DNA of 64,000 bases from Planctomycetota bacterium (GTDB taxonomy: Bacteria; Planctomycetota; PLA2; JAEUHO01): NCBI GenBank assembly GCA_965222115.1, contig CBDCTJ010000007.1, positions 1,088,001 through 1,152,000 of the forward strand. Direction: 5' to 3'. A model generated the notes under the pieces. The model did no database searches and had not been told where the DNA came from. It worked only from the letters and a program-made list of their open reading frames with translations. The position numbers and the translations under genes are program-made. This document shows positions 28,733 through 38,501 of the stretch, piece by piece (position 1 is the first letter of the stretch; the number at the start of each line of letters is the position of its first letter).

Positions 28733-30535
28733 TTAGCGCCGCGTAACAGGAATCTCGATTTCCGTTGTCTCGCCTGCATTGAGGTCTACGGTCTTGGGCG
28801 TTGCCCGCAGCTCAGGATTCATGACTTCGATTGTGTAGCGCCCGGGCGCAAGTCCACCAAACAACGCGCTGCCGGCACCAAATACAGTCATGGTTCGGCC
28901 CGTGCCCGCTTCCTCGTCGGCGACTTCCCGTGCGCCAATGGGGACGCCTTTGGCTACTGCGCCGTCAATCGTGAGTTGGAACGTCACGGTGGTCGGTTCG
29001 GTAGCCGGAAACGTCACCTTGATCTTGGCTGCTGGCGTGAGTGTGACGCGAAGCGGGGGATCGCCAGCCGCGCTTGAACCGCGAAAGTCCACTTCCGCCG
29101 GTGCATACTCCGGCGAAAGCACAATCAGTCGATAGTCGCCTTCGCTCATGCCCACGAGTGTGAGTTCCCTTGCGTAGCGCGCCGTCATGGCGCTGCCTTC
29201 TTCTTGCGCCGCGCCTTCGTCGGTACGCCCAATGTTGAGTTTGGCCCCCAAGCTGGTGTATGGAATCTGCGTGCCGTCTTCTTTGAAGAACGCGAAGCGC
29301 GCCATGCCTTTGCCTTCGTCGCGGTTGAGGGCGACATTAATCGTCTCCTCACCACCGCGATTCGGTACGCGGATGGGCTCGGAGCGCCATTCGGCATAGC
29401 CCTTCGCACTCACACGCACGACCAAGTTGCCGTAGCCAACCGGAACACGAAACGGTTTGGTGAGTACATGATCCATGCGGATGTCGGTGGGCTTGTCCGC
29501 TTTGTGCATCGTGACAGTGGCTTCTTCGTCCATGCCGAGGATGACCGCCGCGGTTTGGCTGGCGTCACGTGTCATGGCCCACTGCACCAAAATGTCTTCG
29601 AGCTCGCGGCCATCACCGCTGCGGACATTTAGCCTGAACAACATGGCAGGTGTAAGCATGATGTCGAGCGTGGTATCGCCCGAGGGCGTCATGGGCCCAA
29701 GCGTTTTGGGCATGTGGGTTGGGTGATCCACCGTGACGTTTAGGGGGGCCGTGCGAAGTCCCCCAATGGCGTAGCGACCCTCTTTGGTGGACGATACGTG
29801 ACCGAAGTGTCCCAGTTCGCGCGTGGTTCCTTCAGCCGGTCCGATCTTGATGATTGCGCCTTGGATGGGTCGCGTTGACGTATTGCGTACGACACCTGAC
29901 ACGGTCAATCCACGCGTCAACGCAATCGTGACAGGTCCACTGCCATCGATCGCGCACACACAACCACAAATGTAGTCCTTGTGCATGGCGAACAGATCAA
30001 ATCGTTCGCCGTGAGCGCGTATGCGCGGCATTTCAAACTCCCCCTGCTTGTCGCATTCCGTTTGGCGGTCGAGTGCAGAGGGCCAGTCGTGCCGATAACG
30101 GTTGCGGCCCATACGCTGCGAGGCATGCAGTGGGGCGCGCTGTGCCTGCGACGAGAGTTTGCCAGTTTTGAGCTCGGTGTACCCGCCATCGGGCAATCGC
30201 GGGCAAGGCGATTTTGCGAGCTCACCCCAGACGACCGCGCCCGCAATTGGGTTTCCCGTCTCCGCGTCCACAACGCGTCCTTTGATCGAATGATCCTCCG
30301 TCTCCGATTTGACGTTGGGTTGATCGGTTGACGGTTGCTTGTCTGGCGAATCCATGGGTAGACGCGAAACGCGCTCGTCGCTGCGTCCATGCAGTGCGGG
30401 ATTGCTTAGGTCATCTTCACCGTCGATGGAGACGTCGTCTTCAAGAACCCCATCACTCGACATGTCGGGGGACAGCAGCAAATAGGCGACGAGGCCGCCG
30501 GCAGCGAGGAGTGCGAGCAAGAGTGCAAATCGCAT
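28733..30535 (-). CDS. Membrane-anchored carboxypeptidase-regulatory-like (Ig/Cna-B repeat) protein
   Basis: N-terminal anchor; IKGRVVDAETGNPIAGA, VSGVVRN..RPIQGA, GLAPGRYTI repeats. Confidence 0.8.
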   Translation of the reverse strand: MRFALLLALLAAGGLVAYLLLSPDMSSDGVLEDDVSIDGEDDLSNPALHGRSDERVSRLPMDSPDKQPSTDQPNVKSETEDHSIKGRVVDAETGNPIAGAVVWGELAKSPCPRLPDGGYTELKTGKLSSQAQRAPLHASQRMGRNRYRHDWPSALDRQTECDKQGEFEMPRIRAHGERFDLFAMHKDYICGCVCAIDGSGPVTIALTRGLTVSGVVRNTSTRPIQGAIIKIGPAEGTTRELGHFGHVSSTKEGRYAIGGLRTAPLNVTVDHPTHMPKTLGPMTPSGDTTLDIMLTPAMLFRLNVRSGDGRELEDILVQWAMTRDASQTAAVILGMDEEATVTMHKADKPTDIRMDHVLTKPFRVPVGYGNLVVRVSAKGYAEWRSEPIRVPNRGGEETINVALNRDEGKGMARFAFFKEDGTQIPYTSLGAKLNIGRTDEGAAQEEGSAMTARYARELTLVGMSEGDYRLIVLSPEYAPAEVDFRGSSAAGDPPLRVTLTPAAKIKVTFPATEPTTVTFQLTIDGAVAKGVPIGAREVADEEAGTGRTMTVFGAGSALFGGLAPGRYTIEVMNPELRATPKTVDLNAGETTEIEIPVTRR

Positions 30536-30539
30536 GTCG

Positions 30540-31367
30540 TTAATCTACTTGAAAAGTGGCGCGCGCGTTTTCCCATGCCGTAAGTGCGGTGCGGATGTCG
30601 TCCAATCCCTGCGTGAGGCATCCAGGACCGGGTTGAAGAATGCCACACGGGTCCAGTTCGAAAATCATGCGATGTCGAACGGCGGGCACGTTGCCCCAGC
30701 CGGGGCGGTTCCGGATGGCGTCGATATCTACGGGCTTTCCGCACCAGCTGGCGAGTATGACATCGGGCGCGCGTGAGGCGATGTCGTCTGGCTGGACGAA
30801 ACGCTCCTTGGCCATTGCGCCACCGGCCTCCACGGCACACACGTCAAGGCCGCCCGCAACGTGGATCAACTCGCTTACCCAACGAATGCCGCAAATCATG
30901 GGATCGGGCCACTCCTCGAAGTACACGCGCGGTGTTGCTTGCAACGGAATCGATCGAATCTCCGCTATGCGTGTGCGGTACGCATCGACGAGTTCGCGAG
31001 CGCGTGGGAGTTTGTCTACAAGCCGACCGATCGTGAGCAAAACGTTGCCGATCTCGTCCAGCGAACGTTGATTGAAGATGAGGACTTGCAGGCCGGCAGC
31101 AATGAGCTTCTTGGCCAACTCGGCTTGGATGTCGGAGAAACCGATCACGAGGTCCGGCTGCAGCGCGACGATCTTCTCTACGTTCCCGCCCTGGAAGCCC
31201 GAGACGATGGGGTGATTGTCGGCGGCGTCTTTCGGACGCTTGGTCCATGCGCTGATGCCCACGATCCGGCGTTGCTCGCCGAGTTTATACAAGATCTCGG
31301 TGGGTTCTTCCGTGAGGCATACGATTCGCTTTGGCGTGCCGTCGCCTGGGCTTTGCGGTCTAGGCAA
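30540..31367 (-). CDS. Cobalamin/metal-chelate-binding protein (BtuF/TroA-like), no signal peptide
   Basis: PKRIVCLTEEPTEILY, IVALQPDLV, PRVYFEEWPDPMI..WVSELI..AGG, ILQPGP; TTG start overlaps upstream stop. Confidence 0.85.
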   Translation of the reverse strand: MPRPQSPGDGTPKRIVCLTEEPTEILYKLGEQRRIVGISAWTKRPKDAADNHPIVSGFQGGNVEKIVALQPDLVIGFSDIQAELAKKLIAAGLQVLIFNQRSLDEIGNVLLTIGRLVDKLPRARELVDAYRTRIAEIRSIPLQATPRVYFEEWPDPMICGIRWVSELIHVAGGLDVCAVEAGGAMAKERFVQPDDIASRAPDVILASWCGKPVDIDAIRNRPGWGNVPAVRHRMIFELDPCGILQPGPGCLTQGLDDIRTALTAWENARATFQVD

Positions 31368-32427
31368 AGCGCACCGAATAGATGGGCGGAAGGCTGGAGG
31401 ACAGCGTGGCCCATGTGCGCCCGCCATTTTCGCTGGTGTACAGATTGCCGGATGTCGTGCCCATCACCAACGTGCCTCCACCCGGTGAGACATCGATTCC
31501 GTGTCGGAACGGAAAGTCAAATGACGGCGCAGGAAGACCCGAGGCCTGCTCCTGCCAGGTTTCTCCGGCATCATCGGTGCGCAACACGACCAACCGGTTT
31601 TCAACCGGCAAGCGTAGATTGTCCGATTGCATGGGCACGATCCAACCGACGTTGGGATCGGTGGGATGCGCGGTGGCGGGAAAGCCAAAGTCTACCCATG
31701 GCGGCTTGCTGAGATCGGTCCACGAGGCGGCGCCGTTATCACTGCGATAGACGCCGCAGTGATTGGCTTGCCACAACACATCGGGGTGAGCCGCGCACAT
31801 GGAGATAAAATGAGGATCGTGCCCGAAATCTTCCGTTCCACCCGGGTCGGTCACTTTGCGCATGCCTTCGCAGCGGTAAGCCCATGTTGCGCCGCCGTCT
31901 TTGGTTTCCAACACACCCGAACAGGAGATGGCAATGATGATGTGATTGCCGTCTCTCGGATCTACGCAGATGGAGTGAATACCGGCTTCGTCGCGTCCCC
32001 CGCCCGTCCACTTGTGTTCCACGCACATGTCCCAAAGCGGCCGATTGAGTTCCCACGACTCACCGCCATCGTCGGACCGAAACAAGCCGCCCGGTTCCGT
32101 GCCAATCCATAGGCGTCCGGGGTTGGCGGCGAGCCCCGATTGAATGACCCAGTAGTAGCGCGCACTTTTGCCGGTGTCTTCCGGGTATTTGGGCGGCGTG
32201 GCCTCGGTATACGACGCGCCATCGTCGGTGCTCTTCGCCAACTTGACGCCCCAGTGCCCATGATCGAGCGAGGCCCACACGGTCTTGGATCGCGGATCGC
32301 GCATGGCATACGAAATGTTCTTACCGGCGAGCGCGGGATCTGACAGCGACCATTCGCCCGCTCGCTTGCGCGCTTCGAAAAGCCCCTTACGCGTGGCAAT
32401 CAAGACGCGATCGTTGGTGGTCGACAT
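31360..32427 (-). CDS. BNR/Asp-box repeat beta-propeller (sialidase-like fold), cytoplasmic
   Basis: Repeated S/T.DxGxxW Asp boxes (STDDGASY, SDDGGESW, TKDGGATW, SDNGAASW, TDDAGETW, SENGGRTW); ATRKGLF start; no signal peptide. Confidence 0.88.
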   Translation of the reverse strand: MSTTNDRVLIATRKGLFEARKRAGEWSLSDPALAGKNISYAMRDPRSKTVWASLDHGHWGVKLAKSTDDGASYTEATPPKYPEDTGKSARYYWVIQSGLAANPGRLWIGTEPGGLFRSDDGGESWELNRPLWDMCVEHKWTGGGRDEAGIHSICVDPRDGNHIIIAISCSGVLETKDGGATWAYRCEGMRKVTDPGGTEDFGHDPHFISMCAAHPDVLWQANHCGVYRSDNGAASWTDLSKPPWVDFGFPATAHPTDPNVGWIVPMQSDNLRLPVENRLVVLRTDDAGETWQEQASGLPAPSFDFPFRHGIDVSPGGGTLVMGTTSGNLYTSENGGRTWATLSSSLPPIYSVRFA

Positions 32428-32445
32428 GTCTGCGCTCCTGGTGAG

Positions 32446-32718
32446 CTATCCCCCCGATAGCGCTTGAAGGATATGCACAGTGGCGTCGGGGTGCAATGCG
32501 TCGGACAACTGCTCGCGATCGCCTACCAGTTCACCGTCCACCCACAACGCAACATGTTTGCGAAGGCGCCCTTGCTCATCAACGATGTAGTACGTGAGCC
32601 CGGGCCAATGCATATCGAGCGCGCGCACGAGTTCCGCAACGGTCGTTGCAACGATGTCACGGGTTTCGAGATCAGGAAAGAACTCGTTGAGATGACGCGT
32701 GAAGTGAACTGTGGCCAT
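32446..32718 (-). CDS. MoaD/ThiS-family ubiquitin-like protein
   Basis: 90 aa; TVAELV, DEQGRLRKHVALWVDG, C-terminal ALSGG. Confidence 0.9.
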   Translation of the reverse strand: MATVHFTRHLNEFFPDLETRDIVATTVAELVRALDMHWPGLTYYIVDEQGRLRKHVALWVDGELVGDREQLSDALHPDATVHILQALSGG

Positions 32719-32739
32719 CGCAACAATCTACCCAGCGTA

Positions 32740-33885
32740 CTAAATACGTTCAAATGGAGAGAACAGCCGTTCGTACTCGTCCTGGGCTTCGCGGTCGGTC
32801 ATGCCCGCAATCTTGTCACAGAGCGCACGCTCCAGGCCCACGGTCTCGGCCCACGCGCGTTCTTCGAGTTCTAGCATGCGCGGATCCTTGCGGTAGGCGT
32901 GGAAGATCTCTTCCAAAATGCGACGGGCCTTGCCGCCCATCTTCATGAGGCGAGGGTGGCAATAGAAGTGTTCATGCAAGTAGTGAGAGAGTCGGCGTTG
33001 CATACGATGCATGTCTTTGGAGAAGCCCACCAAGGGTGAGCCGTGGTCTTGCACATCGTCCGGCGAGGTCACGCCGCTCGCTTGAATGCGTGACCACGTG
33101 GCCTTGACCAAGTCGCTTACACCCACATCGATAATTTTCTTGACCGTGGCCAATGCCTGCAGTTTGTTGGCGAGGTTGGGTTCGTCGCGCACTGTTTGCT
33201 GCCAGTGCTCACGCCATATGTCTACGTCACATAGTTGGAGCGTGGTCACGACCCCGGACGCGACGCCGTCATCCAAGTCGTGAGCGAGGTAGGCCAAGCT
33301 GTCACACACGTCCACCAACTGCGCTTCCAGTGTGGGGCGGCGTCCAGCAGCAAAGCCCAAGCGCTCGGCGGGAACCGGACTGTGGCGCGCAAATGCCTCG
33401 CGTACTTCGTGGGAGAGATTGAGCCCCGGCCAACGCGGGTAGCGGCGCTCCAAAAGATCCACCACACGTAAGCCGTGTGCGTTGTGTTCAAAGCCGCCGT
33501 GATCCTGCATGAGGTCACGCAGGACGTACTCCCCCTTGTGTCCGAACGGGCCGTGACCCAAGTCGTGTGACAAGGCAATGGACTCGGTGAGATCTTCGTT
33601 GAGTCGTAGGGCACGCGCCGCCGTGCGTGCGATCTGTGCAACTTCTATCGTGTGCGTGAGGCGGGTGCGGTAGTAGTCGCCCTCGTGATTGACAAATACC
33701 TGCGTCTTGTACTCAAGCTTTCGAAACGCCGAAGCGTGAATGATGCGGTCGCGGTCGCGCATGAAAGCGGTGCGATAGGGGTGTGCGGGCTCGTCGTGAA
33801 TACGCCCACGGCTTTCACTCGCGCGCATGGCCCACGTTGCGAGCTGTTCTTCCTCGCGCTGTTCAATCTCCTCACGGGTCAGCAT
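32740..33885 (-). CDS. dgt: Deoxyguanosinetriphosphate triphosphohydrolase (HD domain)
   Basis: DRDRIIH..AFRKLEYKTQVF, RTRLTHTIEV, HDLGHGPFGH, AHDLDDG, IAGMTD. Confidence 0.95.
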   Translation of the reverse strand: MLTREEIEQREEEQLATWAMRASESRGRIHDEPAHPYRTAFMRDRDRIIHASAFRKLEYKTQVFVNHEGDYYRTRLTHTIEVAQIARTAARALRLNEDLTESIALSHDLGHGPFGHKGEYVLRDLMQDHGGFEHNAHGLRVVDLLERRYPRWPGLNLSHEVREAFARHSPVPAERLGFAAGRRPTLEAQLVDVCDSLAYLAHDLDDGVASGVVTTLQLCDVDIWREHWQQTVRDEPNLANKLQALATVKKIIDVGVSDLVKATWSRIQASGVTSPDDVQDHGSPLVGFSKDMHRMQRRLSHYLHEHFYCHPRLMKMGGKARRILEEIFHAYRKDPRMLELEERAWAETVGLERALCDKIAGMTDREAQDEYERLFSPFERI

Positions 33886-34049
33886 GGCGCTGGCTGTCGG
33901 CGATGTAGAGCGGTGAGAAGGGCGCATGGATGATTCCCGCGACGTTTGTTGATCGGCAGTGTACGACGAACGCATTGGCGGTGGCGGCCCACCTGCGCGT
34001 CTCATTCTTGGATCGGCCAGTTGCGGCAGGTTCGCATAGGCTACCTCGC

Positions 34050-34508
34050 ATGAAAGCGCTGCTCCAACGCGTATGTCAGGCGGAAGTTCATGTTGGCCAC
34101 GACGTGGTGGGACGCATCGACCGCGGCCTGCTCGTACTTGTTTGTGTGGAGCGCGAAGATACGCTCGCCGACGTCCATGCGCTCGCGCGAAAGATTGCGC
34201 GGTTGCGCGTCTTTCCCGGGACGTCGCCCATGGATCAGAACGTCATTGACGTTGGTGGCGCGTGCTTGGTCGTGAGCCAGTTCACGCTGGCTGCCGAGAT
34301 GAATAAAGGCAACCGGCCAGGATTCTCGCGCGCCGCCGAACCGGAAAAGGCCAACGAAAGCTATGAATCGTTTTGTGAATCGCTGCGCGAACAGGGCGTG
34401 CCGGTGGAGACAGGGGTGTTTGGCGCGGCGATGCAGGTGCATCTCATCAACGATGGGCCGGTTACGTTGTGGCTCAACGTTCGTGACGGTAGGGTCTGCG
34501 CGCTATGA
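34050..34508 (+). CDS. dtd: D-aminoacyl-tRNA deacylase
   Basis: MKALLQRV, SQFTL, KGNRPGF, FGAAMQVHLINDGPVT. Confidence 0.95.
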   Translation: MKALLQRVCQAEVHVGHDVVGRIDRGLLVLVCVEREDTLADVHALARKIARLRVFPGTSPMDQNVIDVGGACLVVSQFTLAAEMNKGNRPGFSRAAEPEKANESYESFCESLREQGVPVETGVFGAAMQVHLINDGPVTLWLNVRDGRVCAL

Positions 34509-34696
34509 AGGGCGTCGAGCCAACGCCGCCTTCATACGACACAACGACGTCAAGTCATCAGGCGAGACAACGTCGTCGTCGTCGAAACGAACTGCTTGTG
34601 TTGGGAGTTATCGTTGTGCTTCTTGCCGGACTGATCTACATCGCCAGCAATGATGTGTGGGAATCTCTATTTTCCATTGAGAGCGAAAGCGAATAA
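34505..34696 (+). CDS. Small single-pass membrane protein
   Basis: ATGA overlap with dtd; Arg-rich stretch followed by one TM helix. Confidence 0.55.
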   Translation: MKGVEPTPPSYDTTTSSHQARQRRRRRNELLVLGVIVVLLAGLIYIASNDVWESLFSIESESE

Positions 34697-35065
34697 GCCG
34701 GAGCCTCACTGCGAAAGGCCGCATGCATGCGTAAATGTGTCCCGTGTCCGGTGGGTAACGCAACCGACGATTTGTAGACTCAAGGGAACCTTCCTACCTG
34801 CGTGCGAAACTGCACAGTGAATGCTGATGCGTTGCCAATTTGCGCGGTGATTTTTTTGAACATAACGGCCCGTGGGCGACTTTTTAGGGATACAGGACTT
34901 CGGTCTCGTGCTCATTCCACGCGGGCTGCATCGACGTTTTGAAAGTATGAGTGGCGCGTTCATGCGAGTCGACCACCCGGTGTCGCTTCGGCCTCGGCTT
35001 TGCTTTTTGAACGCTGCGCATGGGCCGGGACGCCCCGCGCTTGATTGTGAGCCTAGTTCGCAGAG

Positions 35066-35959
35066 GTGGTTCGTATGTGGATACGTCGTAGTGAACTTAA
35101 ACGGGCACGAACGCGAGGATCGCGACAGGAACGGCGCAATCGACGCGCCTTCGATGCTTCCGCGTCTTCCAGTCAAGATTCGCGAACGAGAAACTCGCTC
35201 AAGAACAACACGGTTCGGGAGAGTGATCACCTGCTCGCGCTGGGGGCACACAGTCATGCCTTGCTCCGCGAGTACGGCACATTGTTTCAAAACATTTTGA
35301 TGCAGTGCCAGTCGGCGGTCGATGCGTATCACGACAACGCCGACAACCGTCCACAGGCGTATGTCGCCTCGCGCGGCTTAAGTGCCTCCGATGCGCGCCA
35401 AATAGAACGCATGGCACGTTACGGGGTGGAGCTCACGGAACGCCTTCGTCAGCATGCCGAACAACCCAGCACCGACCTTCGGCGTGTAGATCTCCGGCGT
35501 ATCGTCGATGAATCTCTCGCAGCAATTGACTACTTGTTTGGCAATAGTGTCCGCATGGATGTGCGCCACGACACATCGCCGCATGTGGTTCGGGCCACGC
35601 CGCATGCTCTGTGCCGCGTGATTACCACGTTGGCCGTACGCGGGGTCGAGCGCATGCCTCGTGGTGGTCGCCTCACCATGATCACGACAACCGAGGCCCA
35701 TCCCATGCGTGAACACGCACAGCCCGTGTGTGAGGCGCCAGCAGCATGCGCGCTCGATGCCGGAGCGTCCGCTTGGGTGTCACTGCGGGTCTTTGACTAC
35801 CCGGCCGCCGACGCGCCCTACGTGGCAACCGATTCCTCCACCATTCGCGGGGCCCTGCGTGCCGCGGCGCGGACCGTTCACAACTTTGGTGGCCGCATGG
35901 AGTTTATCCGTCGCAGTGAACGCATTGCCGGTGTGCGTGTGTTGTTGCCCACACAATAG
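35066..35959 (+). CDS. Degenerate histidine-kinase-like protein (DHp + HATPase fold, catalytic motifs lost)
   Basis: VDLRRIV..., VITTLAVRGVERMPRGGRLTM, WVSLRVFD, TVHNFGGRM..VRVLLP track CckA-type kinase core; start uncertain. Confidence 0.6.
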   Translation: MVRMWIRRSELKRARTRGSRQERRNRRAFDASASSSQDSRTRNSLKNNTVRESDHLLALGAHSHALLREYGTLFQNILMQCQSAVDAYHDNADNRPQAYVASRGLSASDARQIERMARYGVELTERLRQHAEQPSTDLRRVDLRRIVDESLAAIDYLFGNSVRMDVRHDTSPHVVRATPHALCRVITTLAVRGVERMPRGGRLTMITTTEAHPMREHAQPVCEAPAACALDAGASAWVSLRVFDYPAADAPYVATDSSTIRGALRAAARTVHNFGGRMEFIRRSERIAGVRVLLPTQ

Positions 35960-36102
35960 GCAACCCAACAGCCTTGGGCGAGCAGCGGTCACGACGGAAT
36001 CGCATTTGCAATTTCTTTGCCGCGTGATTCGTAACGTCTACGTAGCTTGGAGCCAAACCGCTGCGTGGGCGCTGGAAGACAAAGGCGGCACTTGCCGCCT
36101 CG

Positions 36103-38415
36103 TTGCCAGCGTCTTCCCGAGTGCGGCGTGGGGTAGATCTGTTGCTTCGTCGATGCCTTATCGCTTTTGCCGCGTGGATATTGGTGAGTGCGGCGATGCT
36201 GCTCGGCTTGGCGTCCGACGCCCACGCGGCCGGCTACCTCGTGCCCAATGCGACGTCGCGTCGAGGTGCCCGCAACTGGAAGATCACGCGCTTCGAATGG
36301 CGGACGTCGGTTGATCCCAAGGGGGCCCACCACGTGCTGCAGCTTCAGATTGCCAACGACTCCGACGCCGACATTGATTTGACATGGGCCTTCCCCCTTG
36401 ACGACGGCGTCAAGCAAGCCGGTGTGGGCATGTTGCGGGGACGGGAGCGCATCGACGGTGAGTTTGTCGAAGGCGAGGCACTTTGGGCCATTGTGCGCAA
36501 CGAGATCAAGGGACCACGTGGTGTGGATGTCATTCCCTATGTAGGACTTCCGCAAGTTCGTTTTAACGGACTCATCGTGAGTGCGCGTTCGTCGCGTGAG
36601 TTCACGCTTTCCTACTCCACGAACTTGATCGATGCTAGGCGCGGCCCGTCGATCAGCATGCCGACATCGCTCTCGATGCCCGGTGAGGTCCCCGTACGTG
36701 ATCGCTCCATCACGGTTCATTTCCATAGCACCGTGCACGTGCGCAACATCTTTAGTGTGAATGCAGAACTCGACATAAGCCAGGGTGGGTCTGGCAGCAC
36801 AACCGTCTCGGTATCCAGTTGGCCATCCGATCCCCGAGAACGAATTCGTATCCACTGGACGCAGTCACGCATGCCTGCCAGTTTCTCGCTACTGACATCG
36901 TGGCCCGAGGGTCAGCCCGCGGGCTACTTTGCGCTGCTTGGTTCGGCGGACGTGGATGCGCTTGGCGGTGAACATCAGCCGCAGGACATCATTTTCATCC
37001 TTGACGGGTCATCGTCATTGCGCGGGCCTGCCTTCGAACGAATTCGATCGGAGGTGAAGGCGCTCGTTCGTCGTTTGCCGTCTACGTGGCGAGCCAATGC
37101 CGTCGTATTTTCGTCCGCTTTACAGTGGACGTGGGAAAGCGCGCGTAAGTTGACGCCCGCAAACAAGCGTGAACTTCTTGCCGATTTGGCGCAACGCAAA
37201 CCCGAACGTGGATGCGAGCTCCACGGCGCGGTATGGGGCGCACTTACACGCGCTGTCGCCGGCGGACCCCGTCCGCAAACGATGATCTTGGTTACCGACG
37301 GTCGCCCCGCGTCACCGGCGCGATCGCTCCAACAGTTGATGGGACCGCTCATTCAATCGCGAAGCACGTGCGACATGCGCTTCTTTGCGCTTGGTTTGGG
37401 TATGGATGTGGACAGCGTGTGGTTGGATGCCCTCACCCTCGCTGGCGGCGGTGACACCACGTACATCGACCAGCCCGACGCAATTGAAGATGGCCTGCAA
37501 CGCGTCTTTGCTCGTGCTACCGAAACTCTGGGACGTCACATGCGTCTAGACCTCGCGCAGTTGGGCGCGACCCAAGTGATTCGACCGCCCCCCGCCATAG
37601 GTGATACGTCAGTCATTGCCGTGGGCCGCTTCGTGCGCTCTGGCGCGCGCAACATTTCCGTGTCGTTGGGCAGAGGTGACGATGCGACGACGTATCACGC
37701 GGCCGTCCTCGCCTGCAGCATGGGCGGGATGCAGTCCGATAACGCTGCGGAACGACTGTGGAAGGAGGCGCGCGCGGCCGAACTCATCGATGCGCTGCGT
37801 CGCGTGCCTCGAACTCAGGCCGATGCGGACACACGCGTCAACATGGCTTCGTCTCCGCGTGCACCCGAAGATGTGGCGCAGCGCCAGCGAACCATGGATG
37901 AGTTGGTGCGCTTGAGCGTTGCATCGGGCATTCTGACCGAGGCGACCGGGTTTCTTGAAGTGGATCGCATTGGTGATCCTGGAAGCTCTAAGCAGAATCG
38001 ATTGGCCGTGGCCGAGTGTATCCAAGCGCAAGCCAACACCCCCGTGGGGCGAAAGGCATGGGTCGTGGCGGCCGGAAATGCCGATCGACGACGCCATACA
38101 GTGCGCCGTCCCGAGTCGATTTGGGTGCTTGAAGATCCGGGACGCCGGGTCCGTCCGCACGCCGTTCGCAGCGTGCGTCGTCGTGGTGGGCGCATTCACT
38201 TTTTGCGCGACATCGCGGGGGACATGAGGTGGACGGACGGTAGCCACAGCACGATATCGCTACCGGATGAATTCGTGGTCCGCAACTCGACTCGATTCGC
38301 CAAACTCGTGCGCATGGCATCGCCGGAAGCACGTGAGCGCTTGGCGTTGCCCGACGAGGCCCTTGTTGTGGTCAACTCACCCGATGGTGAATTGCTGGTT
38401 CATGTCCGCGATTGA
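36103..38415 (+). CDS. Exported VIT + vWA domain protein (inter-alpha-trypsin-inhibitor-like)
   Basis: Signal ending AHA; VIT-like FPL region; GYFALL, DIIFILDGSSS, LVTDGRP, RFFALGLG, LVRLS...GILT. Confidence 0.78.
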   Translation: MPASSRVRRGVDLLLRRCLIAFAAWILVSAAMLLGLASDAHAAGYLVPNATSRRGARNWKITRFEWRTSVDPKGAHHVLQLQIANDSDADIDLTWAFPLDDGVKQAGVGMLRGRERIDGEFVEGEALWAIVRNEIKGPRGVDVIPYVGLPQVRFNGLIVSARSSREFTLSYSTNLIDARRGPSISMPTSLSMPGEVPVRDRSITVHFHSTVHVRNIFSVNAELDISQGGSGSTTVSVSSWPSDPRERIRIHWTQSRMPASFSLLTSWPEGQPAGYFALLGSADVDALGGEHQPQDIIFILDGSSSLRGPAFERIRSEVKALVRRLPSTWRANAVVFSSALQWTWESARKLTPANKRELLADLAQRKPERGCELHGAVWGALTRAVAGGPRPQTMILVTDGRPASPARSLQQLMGPLIQSRSTCDMRFFALGLGMDVDSVWLDALTLAGGGDTTYIDQPDAIEDGLQRVFARATETLGRHMRLDLAQLGATQVIRPPPAIGDTSVIAVGRFVRSGARNISVSLGRGDDATTYHAAVLACSMGGMQSDNAAERLWKEARAAELIDALRRVPRTQADADTRVNMASSPRAPEDVAQRQRTMDELVRLSVASGILTEATGFLEVDRIGDPGSSKQNRLAVAECIQAQANTPVGRKAWVVAAGNADRRRHTVRRPESIWVLEDPGRRVRPHAVRSVRRRGGRIHFLRDIAGDMRWTDGSHSTISLPDEFVVRNSTRFAKLVRMASPEARERLALPDEALVVVNSPDGELLVHVRD

Positions 38416-38501
38416 CACCATTTCGCCCGGAAGCCGTTGAGTCCAGTATCCTCAACGCTGAGGATTTCCTACACATTCGTAGTTCCTTTGGAGAGGCACG
38501 C

